DNA of 64,000 bases from assembly GCF_001194135.2 (NCBI RefSeq), contig NC_069004.1:2169273-2233272 (forward strand). The letters run 5' to 3'. The first letter of the stretch is position 1. Every line of letters starts with the position of its first letter. This stretch comes from Octopus bimaculoides (lineage: Eukaryota). The notes beneath the pieces are model-generated. The model had not been told where the DNA came from and made no database searches. It saw only the letters and a list, made by a program, of their open reading frames with translations. A program made the translations under genes and the position numbers. Positions 23,565 through 35,511 of this stretch are shown one piece after another.

Positions 23565-24519
23565 GTAAGTGAACCAAGTCATTGTATTTTATAACCTAAC
23601 CCTTAATGGGAGTCATCATCATCATCATCATTGTTGTTTACTGTCTGCTTTCCATGCTGGCATGGGTTGGACAGTTTGACTGAGGACTGGCGAGCCAGAA
23701 GGCTGCACCAGGCTCCAATCTGATCTGGCAAAGTTTCTACAGCTGGATGCCCTTCCTAACACCAACCATTCTGAGAGTGTAGTGAGTTCCTTTCGAGTGT
23801 TCAGCCTCATGGAGGTACTTGTGGGTTCTGAGATGGGGCCTAACAAGTAATGCAGGATGCTGGTTTCCTTTCATATTATGCTGCATCATATCATAGGTTT
23901 CCCCAAGGCAAGGCCTTCCTCTCACTGGTCTTGTTGGGTTTGAATTATCATCAGTGCTTCTATAGCTTTCCTTGTTTTCTAGGTAGGCGTGTTGGCCCCA
24001 TGCAGACCCATTTCAATCCTTGTGTAGAAGTGGTTCATATTAGTCTGGCCCCTATCCTTTGACCTGTTAACCATAGGAAGTTTTACCAGGAGCCTGCTCC
24101 CTGCTGGCATAGCTCTCAGGATCATTGAAGTGCACAAGCCATCACTCTGCAACAAAGACTGGACCTTGTGGTTGGTTGCTAAGAATGCCTTGTAGTAATT
24201 GTCCCTGCTCTCTGTATAATGAGTTCAAATTCCACCGAGTCCATTCTTTCAGGATTGATTAAAAAAAAATGGTGCCATGCCAAGGCAGTGAATTGGTGGA
24301 ACTATTGTAGAATTGGATTTGAGATGCTTAAACTCTGTTGTCCAAAAGCGTAAATTACTATTCTTTAAAACAAAAATAAAAGTCACAATAACCTTCATAA
24401 GCTTCATATAACAATGGTGTCTTTGAATTTGCAAGAGAACTCTGAAAGCAATAAGAAGGAATCTCAATAATGCAATGTGATATATAGCCGTGACTTTTGT
24501 TCTTTATTTCTCTCTGTAG

Positions 24520-24603
24520 ACTTTGACGGCTGATAAAGCTACTGTCCTGCAAGATGACAAGAAGAAAATAAGGATTGTTGTAAAGGACCTTCAAAAATTA
24601 CAG
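24520..24603 (+). CDS. MALT1: MALT1-like exon (C-terminal Ig-like domain)
   Basis: ctgtag| TLTADKATVLQDDKKKIRIVVKDLQKLQ |gtaatt; compare human LSSLQKLK; phase 0 to 0. Confidence 0.9.
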
Positions 24604-25690
24604 GTAATTTAATTTTTATTGTTTTGTTTATCATCATCATCATCATCAGCATCATTAAACGTCCGTCTTCCATGCTATCATGGGTGGGATGGTACCTGTC
24701 ATATTGCTCTAATTCAGTTCTGTTCTGACTGGGTATCGCACTGATATTGGTGACTTTGCCTTGTTTTGTAAACGTATTTGTATTCTGTTAACTTGTACAA
24801 ACAATAGTTCTTCTAATTTGCATACTGCTTTGTTTTACACATGGATTTTTGGGTTCTTCTTTAATCAACATGTATTTTTGAGTATATATTGCTCACATGT
24901 TTACTCCATTATTATTGCTGGGTGGGCCTTCATGTGAATAAGTCTGTATTAAAACATAACAGTACTACAAGAGCTGGCCAGGTTGAAGCCTGCACCAGAC
25001 TTCTGTGTCTGTTTTGGCAGGATTTTTACAGCTTGATGCCCTTCCTAACACCAAGTCCACTCAGCAGAGTTTTTTCTCTCTGTCTGTCTGTCTTTTTTAC
25101 TCATGTGAGTTCTAGGTAGCAGGTAATAGTAGAGCTCTACTACTACGGGTCCTTTGAAGACTAAATTCTTATTTTTTTGCTTGTTGCAGTCATTAGACTG
25201 TGGCCATGCTGGGGCACAGCCGTGAAGAATTTTAGTTGAACGAATTGACCCCAGGACTTATTTTTTTTTAAGAATGGTTCTTATTCTATCGATCACTTTT
25301 GCTGAACTGCTAAGTTATAGGGGATGTAAAGACAGTCAGTATCAGTCAGTAATTGGAGCAAACACAGACAGACACAAAGACACACACACATGACAGGCTT
25401 CTTTCAGTTTCTGTCTACCATATTCCCTCACGAGGCTTCGGTTCACCTGAGGCCATAGTAGAAGACACTCGCCCAAAGTGCCACACAGTGGAACCTAACC
25501 TAGAACTATACAGTTAGGAACCAAACTTCTTACCACATGGCCACACCTCCACCAACAAGCAATAATTATATTCAAATGGAAATAATATTAACCAATGTTT
25601 TTATTGCTGTCCTCAATGAAATATTACTAAATTTCTAATATTTTTTAAAATTTCTTTCTTTCTATTTCTTTTTTTTTTTTTTTTTTGCAG

Positions 25691-25858
25691 GAAGAAATGC
25701 TTGCAATAATTAGATTTGTATACACAGATGAATCAGGAAACAGTAGGTGTAGGGTAGAAGATTTACATTTGGATTTTCCATTGGCTGCGAATCTAGAATT
25801 ATGTAAACTATCCACTGAGTTGTTGGAAATGAATTGCATTCAAAAAAAAATGTCATGA
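25691..25858 (+). CDS. MALT1: MALT1-like terminal coding exon
   Basis: ttttgcag| EEMLAIIRFVYTDESGNSRCRVEDLHLDFPLAANLELCKLSTELLEMNCIQKKMS*; TGA at 25856-25858. Confidence 0.87.
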   Translation, partial: EEMLAIIRFVYTDESGNSRCRVEDLHLDFPLAANLELCKLSTELLEMNCIQKKMS

Positions 25859-25924
25859 AGGACATAGTTTGTGCATCAGATTTATATTTTTGTTAATATC
25901 ATATTTCCTGAAATTATCATTAAA

Positions 25925-25930
25925 AATAAA
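25925..25930 (+). terminator. Candidate polyadenylation signal
   Basis: AATAAA about 67 nt after the stop codon, followed by T-rich sequence. Confidence 0.4.
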
Positions 25931-26626
25931 GATTTTTGATATTGAGTTTTCCATGCTTGCGGGGGTTGGATGGAATTTGTTGCGGTGGATTTCCTATGGC
26001 TTGATGCCTTCTTGTTGTTGTCAACCCTCGCCTGTCTCCATGGAAGATTGGAAGCAAAGGACACCGCTTGTATGATGGTGGCACTTGTTTACAACCATCA
26101 TGTGCTATCGAGACAGAGAGACAGTAAAACACATGTGCGTGCACACACACACATACACAGACAACACACACATACTCAAACTGAAATTCTGTCCACTGGA
26201 CATTTGTCCAGAATCCTTGATCCCCCCGCCACCCCACCCAAGACTCAATTCCATGGACCATTTACAAAAAGCAAACACTTATACAACAGTCAGCTATATA
26301 TTGTGATTTGGGGCATTAATCATATGTGACTGGCCTTTATACAAGGTTTCTTGGCATGGTGCTGCTACATCATAAATGTTTGTGTCTCCTTCAAGCTGAG
26401 CAGAACTTCAGTATCCCAAACAGTCATGCGTGCGCTGACGTACGTCCATCTTTTAACCGGTAGCGACTTAGTGAAAGATGTAAGCAATGTCTTTCCACCC
26501 ACAGCTCTCTCAATTGATTTCAAATTACTTTTTTAAGCGACTTATCGAAGGGAAATAACTCCATGAAAAATATTCAAGTTAACATTATTTTACGCAAACA
26601 GAATGTTTTCCGTTGCTTGTACTCTC

Positions 26627-26808
26627 TAGGTACAAGGTTCTAAATTTTGGGGGAGGGGACCAGTCGATTAGATCGTCCTCGGTACTTAATTTATCGACCC
26701 CGAAAGGATGAAAGGCAAAGTCGACCTCGGCGGAATTTGAACTCAGAACGTAAAGACAGACGAAATACCGCTAAGCACTTCGCCCGGCTTCTGCCAGCTC
26801 GTCGCCTT
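26627..26808 (-). mobile_element. SINE family A copy with CpGs retained
   Basis: atcgaccccgaaaggatgaaaggcaaagtcgacctcggcggaatttgaactcagaacg...ctgccagctcgtcgcc. Confidence 0.85.
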
Positions 26809-27708
26809 GCCACATTATAAATAATAACAAAAACACTCAGAGAGCGCAAACCTCCGTCAAGGAAACATCATTGTCCTCTCAATGATTAACCGGAGATGTT
26901 TTTTAAAACGAGAATATCTGAAATAAACTCGACTGCTCTCAGAAATTATGTAAAAAAAAACAAAAGTTTCATTCGAATCCATCCAGCGGTTCTTGAGATA
27001 CCTTGTCCACAGACAAACAACCGAACAAACACGACTAAAAACAATACCCCCGCCTTCGATAAGGCGGAGCTAATAATTTCTTCAAATTTCAGCTAAAGGT
27101 CAGTAATTTGAGGGGAGGGGTTAAATCGATTATATCAACTCCAGTGCTCAACTGGTACTTATTTTATCGATCTAGAAAGGACGAACGGTAAAGTAGACCG
27201 CAACGGAACTTGAACTCAGAACATAAAGCCGAACGAAATGCCGTTGAGCATTTAGTCCGGCGTGCTAATGATTCTGTCAGCTCGCCGCCTTGTTCATACC
27301 GTAACAATCCTTTCTACAAGAGGCACAAGACCTGAAATTTTTGTGGGACGGGGTACATCGCTCCTAGTATATGTCTGGTATTTATTTATTCGACCTCGAA
27401 AGGAAAGAAGACAAAGTCAACCTCGGCGGGATTTGAACCTAAAAGACGGGCGAAATGTATGTCCCTTTACTAAGTTATCTCCCCCTTAATTTTTATTTAT
27501 TTTTTAAATATCCCTAAGCTGAACAATTACCGGCATATGCCTTTAAATCAAGGGCATGAGCGAGACCATCGGCTTTCTTCTGTCGTCTACAGACAGTTGT
27601 ATTAGTTCCCGAATTGAGAACATATTTACCTTCGCTAAGAGTTCAACAAAAAAACCGATCCAAGGGAAACTACTCTGAATATCTACGGAACATTTCTTCG
27701 TGCGTTCT

Positions 27709-27835
27709 CAACGGCGTAGCTGCACTGTGTTGCGGCTTGGGGAAGCCCTTGAGTTTACCGGCCTCTCGCCTTCTCTAGACCCCAAAGTGTCACCAGGGTG
27801 GACCGCCCACGTTGTCCCCATCTTAGCTACGCTAC
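27709..27835. mobile_element. Short GC-rich MITE-like element (hAT-like ends)
   Basis: Inverted ends gcgtagct...agctacgc. A similar GC-rich element lies near 33540-33705. Confidence 0.4.
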
Positions 27836-28764
27836 AATGCGTTCGATACTTTTTTTCAGTCATAAAATTAACTTATTCCAAAGAATCTGTTTTACACACA
27901 CACCTTCCTCACCCACTTGTAACATTATTCGATTTTTACCCTTGAGTCCGTTCTCCCTGTTCAAGGAAGCTTCCATTTAACCAAGTGCACCCACTCGCGT
28001 GCAGAGAAGAAGAGAAAAGCCCCGATTTTAGGTTCAATTTCTTTACTTTCCTTCTTTTACACGTTTAAGTTACACCGGTTGTCAAGTGGTAGTGGTAGTG
28101 GGAGAAAATACACGCACAGAAACACACACGCATATGCATACATACATACACACTTACAAACACACACACACATAGGACGGGTTTCTTTCAGTTTCGGTCA
28201 CAAGGTTTATTTATTTATTTATTTATTTAGTGAATTATTTAATTATTGCCTCCACAAAAACAAAGAAAACAAAACAACCCCCTCCCACTCCGACATACAA
28301 TTCTTGAAACATTAGAATTCACTTCTTGCAGAACACGGTGACTCTACCTGGTCGTTCAATTTGCTAGAAATAACCACCGCTATCAGCACCACCGCTGCTG
28401 CTGCTGCTACTGCTACTATTACTAAAACCACCACCACCACCACTACCACTACTACCGCCATTATTATAACTATCATTATATCCATTATTATCACGTCAGA
28501 CGACGCCAAATTCTTTACATGCCATACCATAACTAGATTCCGAGAAATATTACAGCATTTCTCCCTCTCAGCAATTACATGAACAAACGATTGCCATCAC
28601 GCCCTCCCACCTCTCTCCATCACTCCTTTTCTTTCTTTCTTTCTCTTCATAAACATAGGATGAGAATGAAAAGAGGTTCAGCCAAACGTTTACTTTCAAC
28701 CTAGCAACGTTCTCTGTGTTTCCAATGAATCGTAATTCCTGGTCGAAAATAAGAAGACGAATAA

Positions 28765-29135
28765 GGCGTGGCTGTATGGTAAGAAGCTTGCTTCCCAACC
28801 ACATGGTACCGGGTTCAGTTCCACTGCGTGGCAACTTGGGCAAGTGTCTTCTGCTATAGTCTCGGGCCGACCAAACCCTTCACAGTGGATTTGGTAGAGT
28901 GAGACTGTAAGAAGCCCATCGCATGTATGTATGTGTGTTTGTGTGTGTGAGTGAGTGTTTCTTTGTCCCCCGCTACCGCTTGAGAACCGGTGTTGGTCTG
29001 TTTATGTCTCCCGTAACTTAGCGGTTCGGCAAAAGTCACAGATAGAACAAGGACTAGACTTAAAACATTAACACCGGTGTCGATTGGTTCGAGGTGCTGC
29101 TCCAGCATGGCCGCAGTCTAAGTAAAAGAAAAGAA
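28765..29135 (+). mobile_element. SINE family B, near full length
   Basis: ggcgtggctgtatggtaagaagcttgc...gggttcagttcc...tccagcatggccgcagtc...aagtaaaagaaaagaa. Confidence 0.85.
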
Positions 29136-30163
29136 TTAAATAAATAAATAAATAAAATTACGTCACCAGAGACGCATCTGTTTTTTTCTAGTTGCCTGCT
29201 AGAATGTGTCCAGTTGGTGACTTGTGTTGATCTGATTGATGTGACTAATGGCTTGAGGTTACTCAGTCACCAGTCAAGGAATGTCCGGCTGCCAGTGAAA
29301 TAATAGCTTGTAAGGATATCAGCCAGAGAATGCTAAATTACCAGCCTGTGAGTGTCCGGCTTCCGGATTCTCACCACTTCCTAACCAGGGATTGACTGGA
29401 TACCAATGAACATTGAAGCGAAGGGAATGTCAAATATATTTGAGCAGACAACTCAAAGTTCTTTATTAATTCATAAGCAATAAATCCGGGTTTTGCCTAC
29501 GTCAACGCTGTAAATAAATATGCGGTGTAATGCTGACTGAATACAAGCTTAATCACTCCTAGTTGGGTTGCCTGGTTGAGGATGTTATTACTGAAAAACT
29601 TGAAGCATTCAGTGACCGCAGGGAACATCATCAGATGTGTCCGGCTGCATTAGGCGATGATCTATGAAAAGAGCTTTACTTATTTTTTAAAAGTTCGTTA
29701 TTTTGTAAGTTAAGTAATTCAATAAGTTAATTATTTTGCACACAGGCCAATGCAGTGCACTGTGGAGCAAAGGAAAATGTATCGGCGTTTCGGACAGCCG
29801 CTCTTTATCAAGTTAGAAGGAGAAGACCAGGAGCAAATATGCTAAGAAAGAAAAAAAGCTATGTGAGATAATGTGAGAAGATACATATTCCCACAACGAC
29901 CCAAAGGAAGTATGTTGAGTTTCAGGTTTCTTGTAGAAAAGAGCAAAGAAAGTAGCAGACAAATGTCGGACATGCGCGGAGAGAATTAAGCGGTGGATAA
30001 TTTGTAGTATGTGTGTGCACTCGCGCGTGTATGAGTAAAAGTAAGGAAGTTTTGTGGGAATGTGTCGTTTTTCTATGTGTGTGTACTTGTAAGGAATGAA
30101 GTACGCAAGAAATTGTATGGACACGCTCGATATTGCAGCTACCTTTCGTATTTTTCTGCATCA

Positions 30164-30670
30164 TGTTTCCCCGAAAGAAGGCCTTCCTCTCCCGAGTCTT
30201 GCAAGTTTTGAATTACCATTAATAAACTAATAGAATCTTGTTAGCATTAATCAAGTAATCCAACACTGCCTTCTTTTTGGCCAGTCTTCACTTAAGCCCT
30301 TCGCTTCCTTTGGAGTAGAGGCTAGCGATGACTTGCCTTCACTGTTTCTCATCTCTGGACTGTCTTCTCTGTTAATCTCCCGCTGTATCCCTGTTCTTTT
30401 GCAGCTTCCCTTCAGACTGTTTCCCTGAGAGAAGGCCTTCCTCTTCCAGATCTTGCAAGTTTTAAATTATCATTAATAGACTAATATAATCTTGCTAGTA
30501 TTAATCAAGTAATCCAACGCTGCCTTCTTTTGGTCGAGTCTTCTCTTAGGCCCTTCGCTTTCTACGGAGCAGAGGCTAGCGATGACTTTCCTCCCCTGTT
30601 TCTCAACTCTCGGTTGTCCTTTTGCTTCTCTCCATTTGGATCCCTTTTTTCAGCTTCGTCTTAGTTTCAG
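30164..30670 (-). repeat. Tandem duplication, period about 254 bp, each unit with an RTE-like ORF end
   Basis: Units start at 30164 (tgtttccccgaaagaaggcc) and 30418 (tgtttccctgagagaaggcc). Reverse-strand peptides are KQ*RQVIASLYSKGSEG and KQGRKVIASLCSVESEG. Confidence 0.7.
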
Positions 30671-30687
30671 TCCCCAGCTAAATGTGC

Positions 30688-30728
<41 letters not shown>

Positions 30729-33324
30729 TGTACACGCACCTGCATACACAGATATATAATATATACATATATATATGTAAGTACAAACGTATATATATGT
30801 GTGTATATATATGTGTGTATATATATATTGTATACATNNNNNNNNNNNNNNNNNNNNNNNNNNNNNNNNNNNNNNNNNNNNNNNNNNNNNNNNNNNNNNN
30901 NNNNNNNNNNNNNNNNNNNNNNNNNNNNNNNNNNNNNNNNNNNNNNNNNNNNNNNNNNNNNNNNNNNNNNNNNNNNNNNNNNNNNNNNNNNNNNNNNNNN
31001 NNTATATATATACATGCATACAATATATATGTATATATACATGTATGCACACGTACACAGACACACACACAACATAAATAATAACGAGCACACACACTGG
31101 AATGAATAGACGGGAGGTGTATATAAATTTATGAAAGAAAGCGTAGCAGAGAACGACTCGTGTTTTTAGCAAAGCTACGAAGCTGGAGTGGGTGGAGTGG
31201 AGTGAGTGGATGTCAGTAAGAGTCGGGGTGGGGTCGGAGCAGAAGAACGGTTTGGTGACAAAGGAATTGGTAAAGGATGGCAATGGAAGCGCGCGCGCGT
31301 GTGTGTATGTGTGTGCATACAAAGAGCGGGAAGGATGCACTTCAAGAGAACCTTCTAGATGCATCTACTTACTGCAGGAAGTTCTACTACAGAAGAAGAA
31401 AAAAAATTGTCACAGGATATCCCTCGCTTAAACAAATGCATATAGACTTACATTCACTCACTCACTCACATACACAACTCTCTCTCTCTCTCTAATATAT
31501 ATGTGCGTATATGTTTGTGCATATGCATAAGAATGCATATATATATATATATATATACACACATACACACACCATTCTCTCTCTCTATGACATGTATATG
31601 TATGTGTGTTTGTGAAGTTTGGTGTTGTTTATGGTATCTATGTGCAGGCGCGTGTATGTGTGTGTAACTCTATAATCATATGACTATTTGTAACAATAGC
31701 GATGTTAGCGAGCATATCAAATGTAGCGAAGATTAAATACCTCATTAAAATTGCTTATAAAACGAGGAAAATATAGCATTAGCATAACGACTAATCCTAT
31801 TTCAATCGGTTCTTTAAACACGGGAGGCAACTCTGGAACACGTTTCGCATTTATTAGACCTTCTTAGTCTAATAAGTTACACAACTCTTGCCACAAACCG
31901 GTAAACATAAATTCTTCCGAGAAAGAGGTCTTTGTTCATTTCTTTTAATTATCATCTCCCAGAATAACTGCTAAAAGCAGGAATATAAAACAACAACAAC
32001 GAAAAGCTAAAGCAAGCAAACCTACCTACCTACGGGCAAGCACTTATCTATTCACTGACAAAGGAGACAAGCTCCTTACAGCTTGTGAGTCAGATCATCG
32101 ATGATTTGTTTAATCCTCATCAGTGACTCATACTCAATTACCGATGGCTAAACTTGACTCACCTTGTCAAGAACGCGACGCACCAGGCGGTCTGAAAACC
32201 GAAACCGCTATCTTACGATCGTGAGTGGAACATCCTAGACACTAAGCCACGCACCTTCACAAAAGACAGAACCGTTTTGTGAAAGCAGAACCGAACTGAA
32301 TGACCTTCCCCCACCCACTTTTTCTTCATTAGCAAATGCATTCATCCGGAACTAATTATATCCTATTTTTTCTGACATTAATGTTTCGTTCAAGAAATCT
32401 TTATTAACACTTTACTAACTGTTCCCCAAGTTTACGAGGCTTTATTTCACAAGGCTACACCCTGTACGTACTGTGAACAAATAATCAAAGATAAGCAATG
32501 CGTTTTAATAAAGTAAAGTTGTCAATAGGAAGACTTTATCTCTATGAGAGAATCTTTTTGCTGAATATTTTTATATCAGTGGTGAGGGTTGATGAGCGTC
32601 GGGCTCCCCCTTTGTACATCTCGCTTGCCCGGCCATTTTAAAACTTCTCGATCCACTCACACACTTCTACGCGGTAAAACACTGTCCTCGTATTGTACTG
32701 AAAGCCTGCGATGAATTCCAGCCCCAGACACACCTTCAGATCAGAGAAATCAGATCACTGAACTCTGTTCTTCCTTGGTACACAAATACACACACGCGCG
32801 CTCCCTATATACACTCCTGTTCTGGAACTTATAGACCTACAATCTTATGTACACAATTACACATACAATATATCTACGCACATATACACACTCCTGTTCT
32901 GAGATATATAAAACCCACAGTTTTACAAACATAATTACACACACACACATTTATACAGACAACCGCAAACGCGCACACAGAGATTCATACACGCAGCCCT
33001 ATCCTGAGATATAAAACCTACAATCTCACATAATTACACACACACATCCAATTACAGACCAACTCAATTTTCCGCCATCCACTTCCACAAATAAAAACCA
33101 ACCAACGCCGCCGCCTTTAAGGAATCACACAATAGACCCGGTTAGCAAATTACTTGTCAACTCGCCAAAGACTGTAGTTTATAATAACGACGACGACGAC
33201 GACGACGACGTCATTATCAACAACAGCAAGCGTAGCTGTGTAGTAAGAAATTTGCTTCTCAACCACATGGTTCCGAGTTCAGTCCCACAGCATGGCACCT
33301 TGGGCAAGTGTCTTCTACTATAGT

Positions 33325-33428
33325 CCCTCGATTGATGGTGTTATCAAAGACTCTCGATTGATGGTCTTACCAAAGACCCACGACTGGTGGTCTTATCAAA
33401 GACCCTCGATTGATGGTCTTATCAAAGA
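33325..33428 (+). repeat. 26-bp tandem repeat, 4 copies
   Basis: Consensus ccctcgattgatggtcttatcaaaga, contiguous with no spacers. Confidence 0.92.
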
Positions 33429-34299
33429 GATTAATATTCCTTATTTGCCACAACTGTCTCATCATACATAAATGTAACTCGTCTACTTGAGCTTTATAGA
33501 CTGTTCTGGTTTCAGCTTACGACATTAAACTGCATATTAACACGTAGCGTAAGGGGTCGAGCGAGCAATCCTCCCCGGGTTACAGGTTCATGAAACGGCA
33601 TTTTTGGGTCCGCTGTATGAGCCTTTATACGTTTAGGAGCCCGCTGATTGGGGACGGGAAATTCAAAGGCTGCCCCGGGATGTCTTCAGGTTACGTCACA
33701 GACATAAACCCACTTTTGAATCTATACCTACCTACACAGTCTTCCCCGTAAAATATACAGACTGTCTCTTATGTAGACAACGTTACGCTCACATCTTACC
33801 GCCTTCTCCGGACATTTCAGCGCAGCCAATACTCCAAGTCTGTAGAAATCGCCGAGAGGCCAGGAAGCCAAGCAACAGACTTAAAGAAGCACAAACGAAA
33901 TTCTTTTCGTCTTTTCTACGTAGCAACATCACAGGACATCAAATACAACTAAGCTTAGCACTCAGCCACTTAAACATACAGAACACACACATATACACTC
34001 ACACACAAACACATAGACGCATGCATTTATACACTAACACACACTCTCTCTCTCATACACACACATACATGCATTTTTACACACACATATGCATTTATAC
34101 ACAAACACACACACACATAGGACACCGGCCATTTGGGTCTGAAGAGACGTTGTAAAGCTAAGCGCTTTATGGAGTGAAACCCAGGATAATCCCACAGACC
34201 GGCGGCCATATCTAACTTTATCTATATACTCTATAACTTAGATTATGGTTCTCTTTCGGATTTATGATTTACTGACCACACACACACACACGGATATAT

Positions 34300-35190
34300 A
34301 TCAGGTCACTAAGAATTAAATGTCTGATTTTGAACTGAAAGTTTTACTTTATCTCAACAGTAAGCAATGCAGTTAATCAAAGTATGCACCTAAATTATCA
34401 ACACAATTTTGCCGTTTTATCGTTGGCTTATTTATGCCGGCAGCGAAGAATTCTGGAGCGCAAGACTGTTTTTGCATCTTCTTCAGATTTGAAGTTTTTA
34501 ACTTGCAAAAAAGTTGTCTAATGCCTGGAAAACATGATAGTCAGTTGGTGCAAGGTCTGGTGAATATGGTCGATGACAGAATGCTTCCAAGTTCAGTTCC
34601 TGTAACTTGAGTAGCTTTCTTTGTGCAACATGTGGTCGAGCATCGTCTTGCAAGAGAATTGACCTGTCTCTGTTGACCAATCTCGGATGGACCACCAAAC
34701 ATACATCATTAGCCTTTTTTGGTGAATATTCTTCTTTGGATTGTGCTTTGGCACTTTCGTCTCTATCCAACCATCATGCAGAATGCTTGCTATTGTTGAA
34801 AAGAACCCAATTTTCATCACACGTAATAATACGATGCAAAATTGGTCCGCTTTTCTGCCGTGACAGCAAGTTTCAAGACGACGTGTCATTTGATGCTCGT
34901 TCACTTCCTGCAGTATTCACTTGTCCAGCTTCTTTACCTTGCCGATTTGTTTCAGATGGTCCAATACAGTTGGAATCGAAACATCAAACCTTGCTGCTAG
35001 CTCACGCATAGTTTGAAATGTATCCACTTCCACTACAGTTTCCAGCTCATCATTATCCACCTTGGTCTCAGATCTACCACAGTGCTGATTTTCAAGAGTT
35101 AAGTCACCAGACCAGAACTTCTCAAACCATCAACGTACAGTGCGCTCATTCGCCACATCTTAACCAAACACCTCATTGATGTTTCGAGCT
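34300..35190 (-). mobile_element. Mariner (DD34D) transposase pseudogene
   Basis: LLQDDARPHVAQRKLLKLQELNLEAFCHRPYSPDLAPTDYHVF has 34 residues between the two Asp. The upstream frame gives QFCIVLLRVMKIGFF (a decayed TxDE region), with frameshifts. Confidence 0.88.
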
Positions 35191-35438
35191 GTCTGAGATG
35201 CATTGGTTCCATGACGGAACTCATATTCATAAACAACAGGAATTTTTGATCTATCCATGGGTTCACAAAAATTGACCCAGGATAACCCCATAGACCGGCA
35301 TATATCTAACCTTATCTATATACTCTATAACTGAGATTATGGTTCTCTTTCGGAACCTGGAACCATGTGGTTGGAAAGCAAGCTTATTACTACAAAGTCA
35401 TGCCTACACCTCTAAAAGAAAAAAAAAAAGTACCACGA

Positions 35439-35511
35439 AGCCTCCAGTGAGAATTGAACTCACGACCCCTGGTTTACAAGACCAGTGCTCTAACCTCTGA
35501 GCTATGGAGGC
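35439..35511 (-). tRNA. tRNA-Thr(UGU)
   Basis: The - strand reads GCCTCCATAGCTCAGAGGTTAGAGCACTGGTCTTGTAAACCAGGGGTCGTGAGTTCAATTCTCACTGGAGGCT. It has a 7-bp acceptor stem, anticodon stem CTGGT/ACCAG, TGT anticodon, TTC T-loop and U73. An oligo-T Pol III terminator follows about 9 nt downstream. Confidence 0.95.

Noticed and set aside
33074-33085. ATGGCG start or YY1-like site on the - strand
   Set aside because: The frame closes after four codons (ATG GCG GAA AAT TGA), and there is no other promoter evidence.
33325-33428. CRISPR-like repeat array
   Set aside because: The units are contiguous with no unique spacers, there are no cas genes, and the context is eukaryotic.
34607-35011. 134-aa plus-strand ORF
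   Set aside because: Antisense shadow of the mariner transposase.
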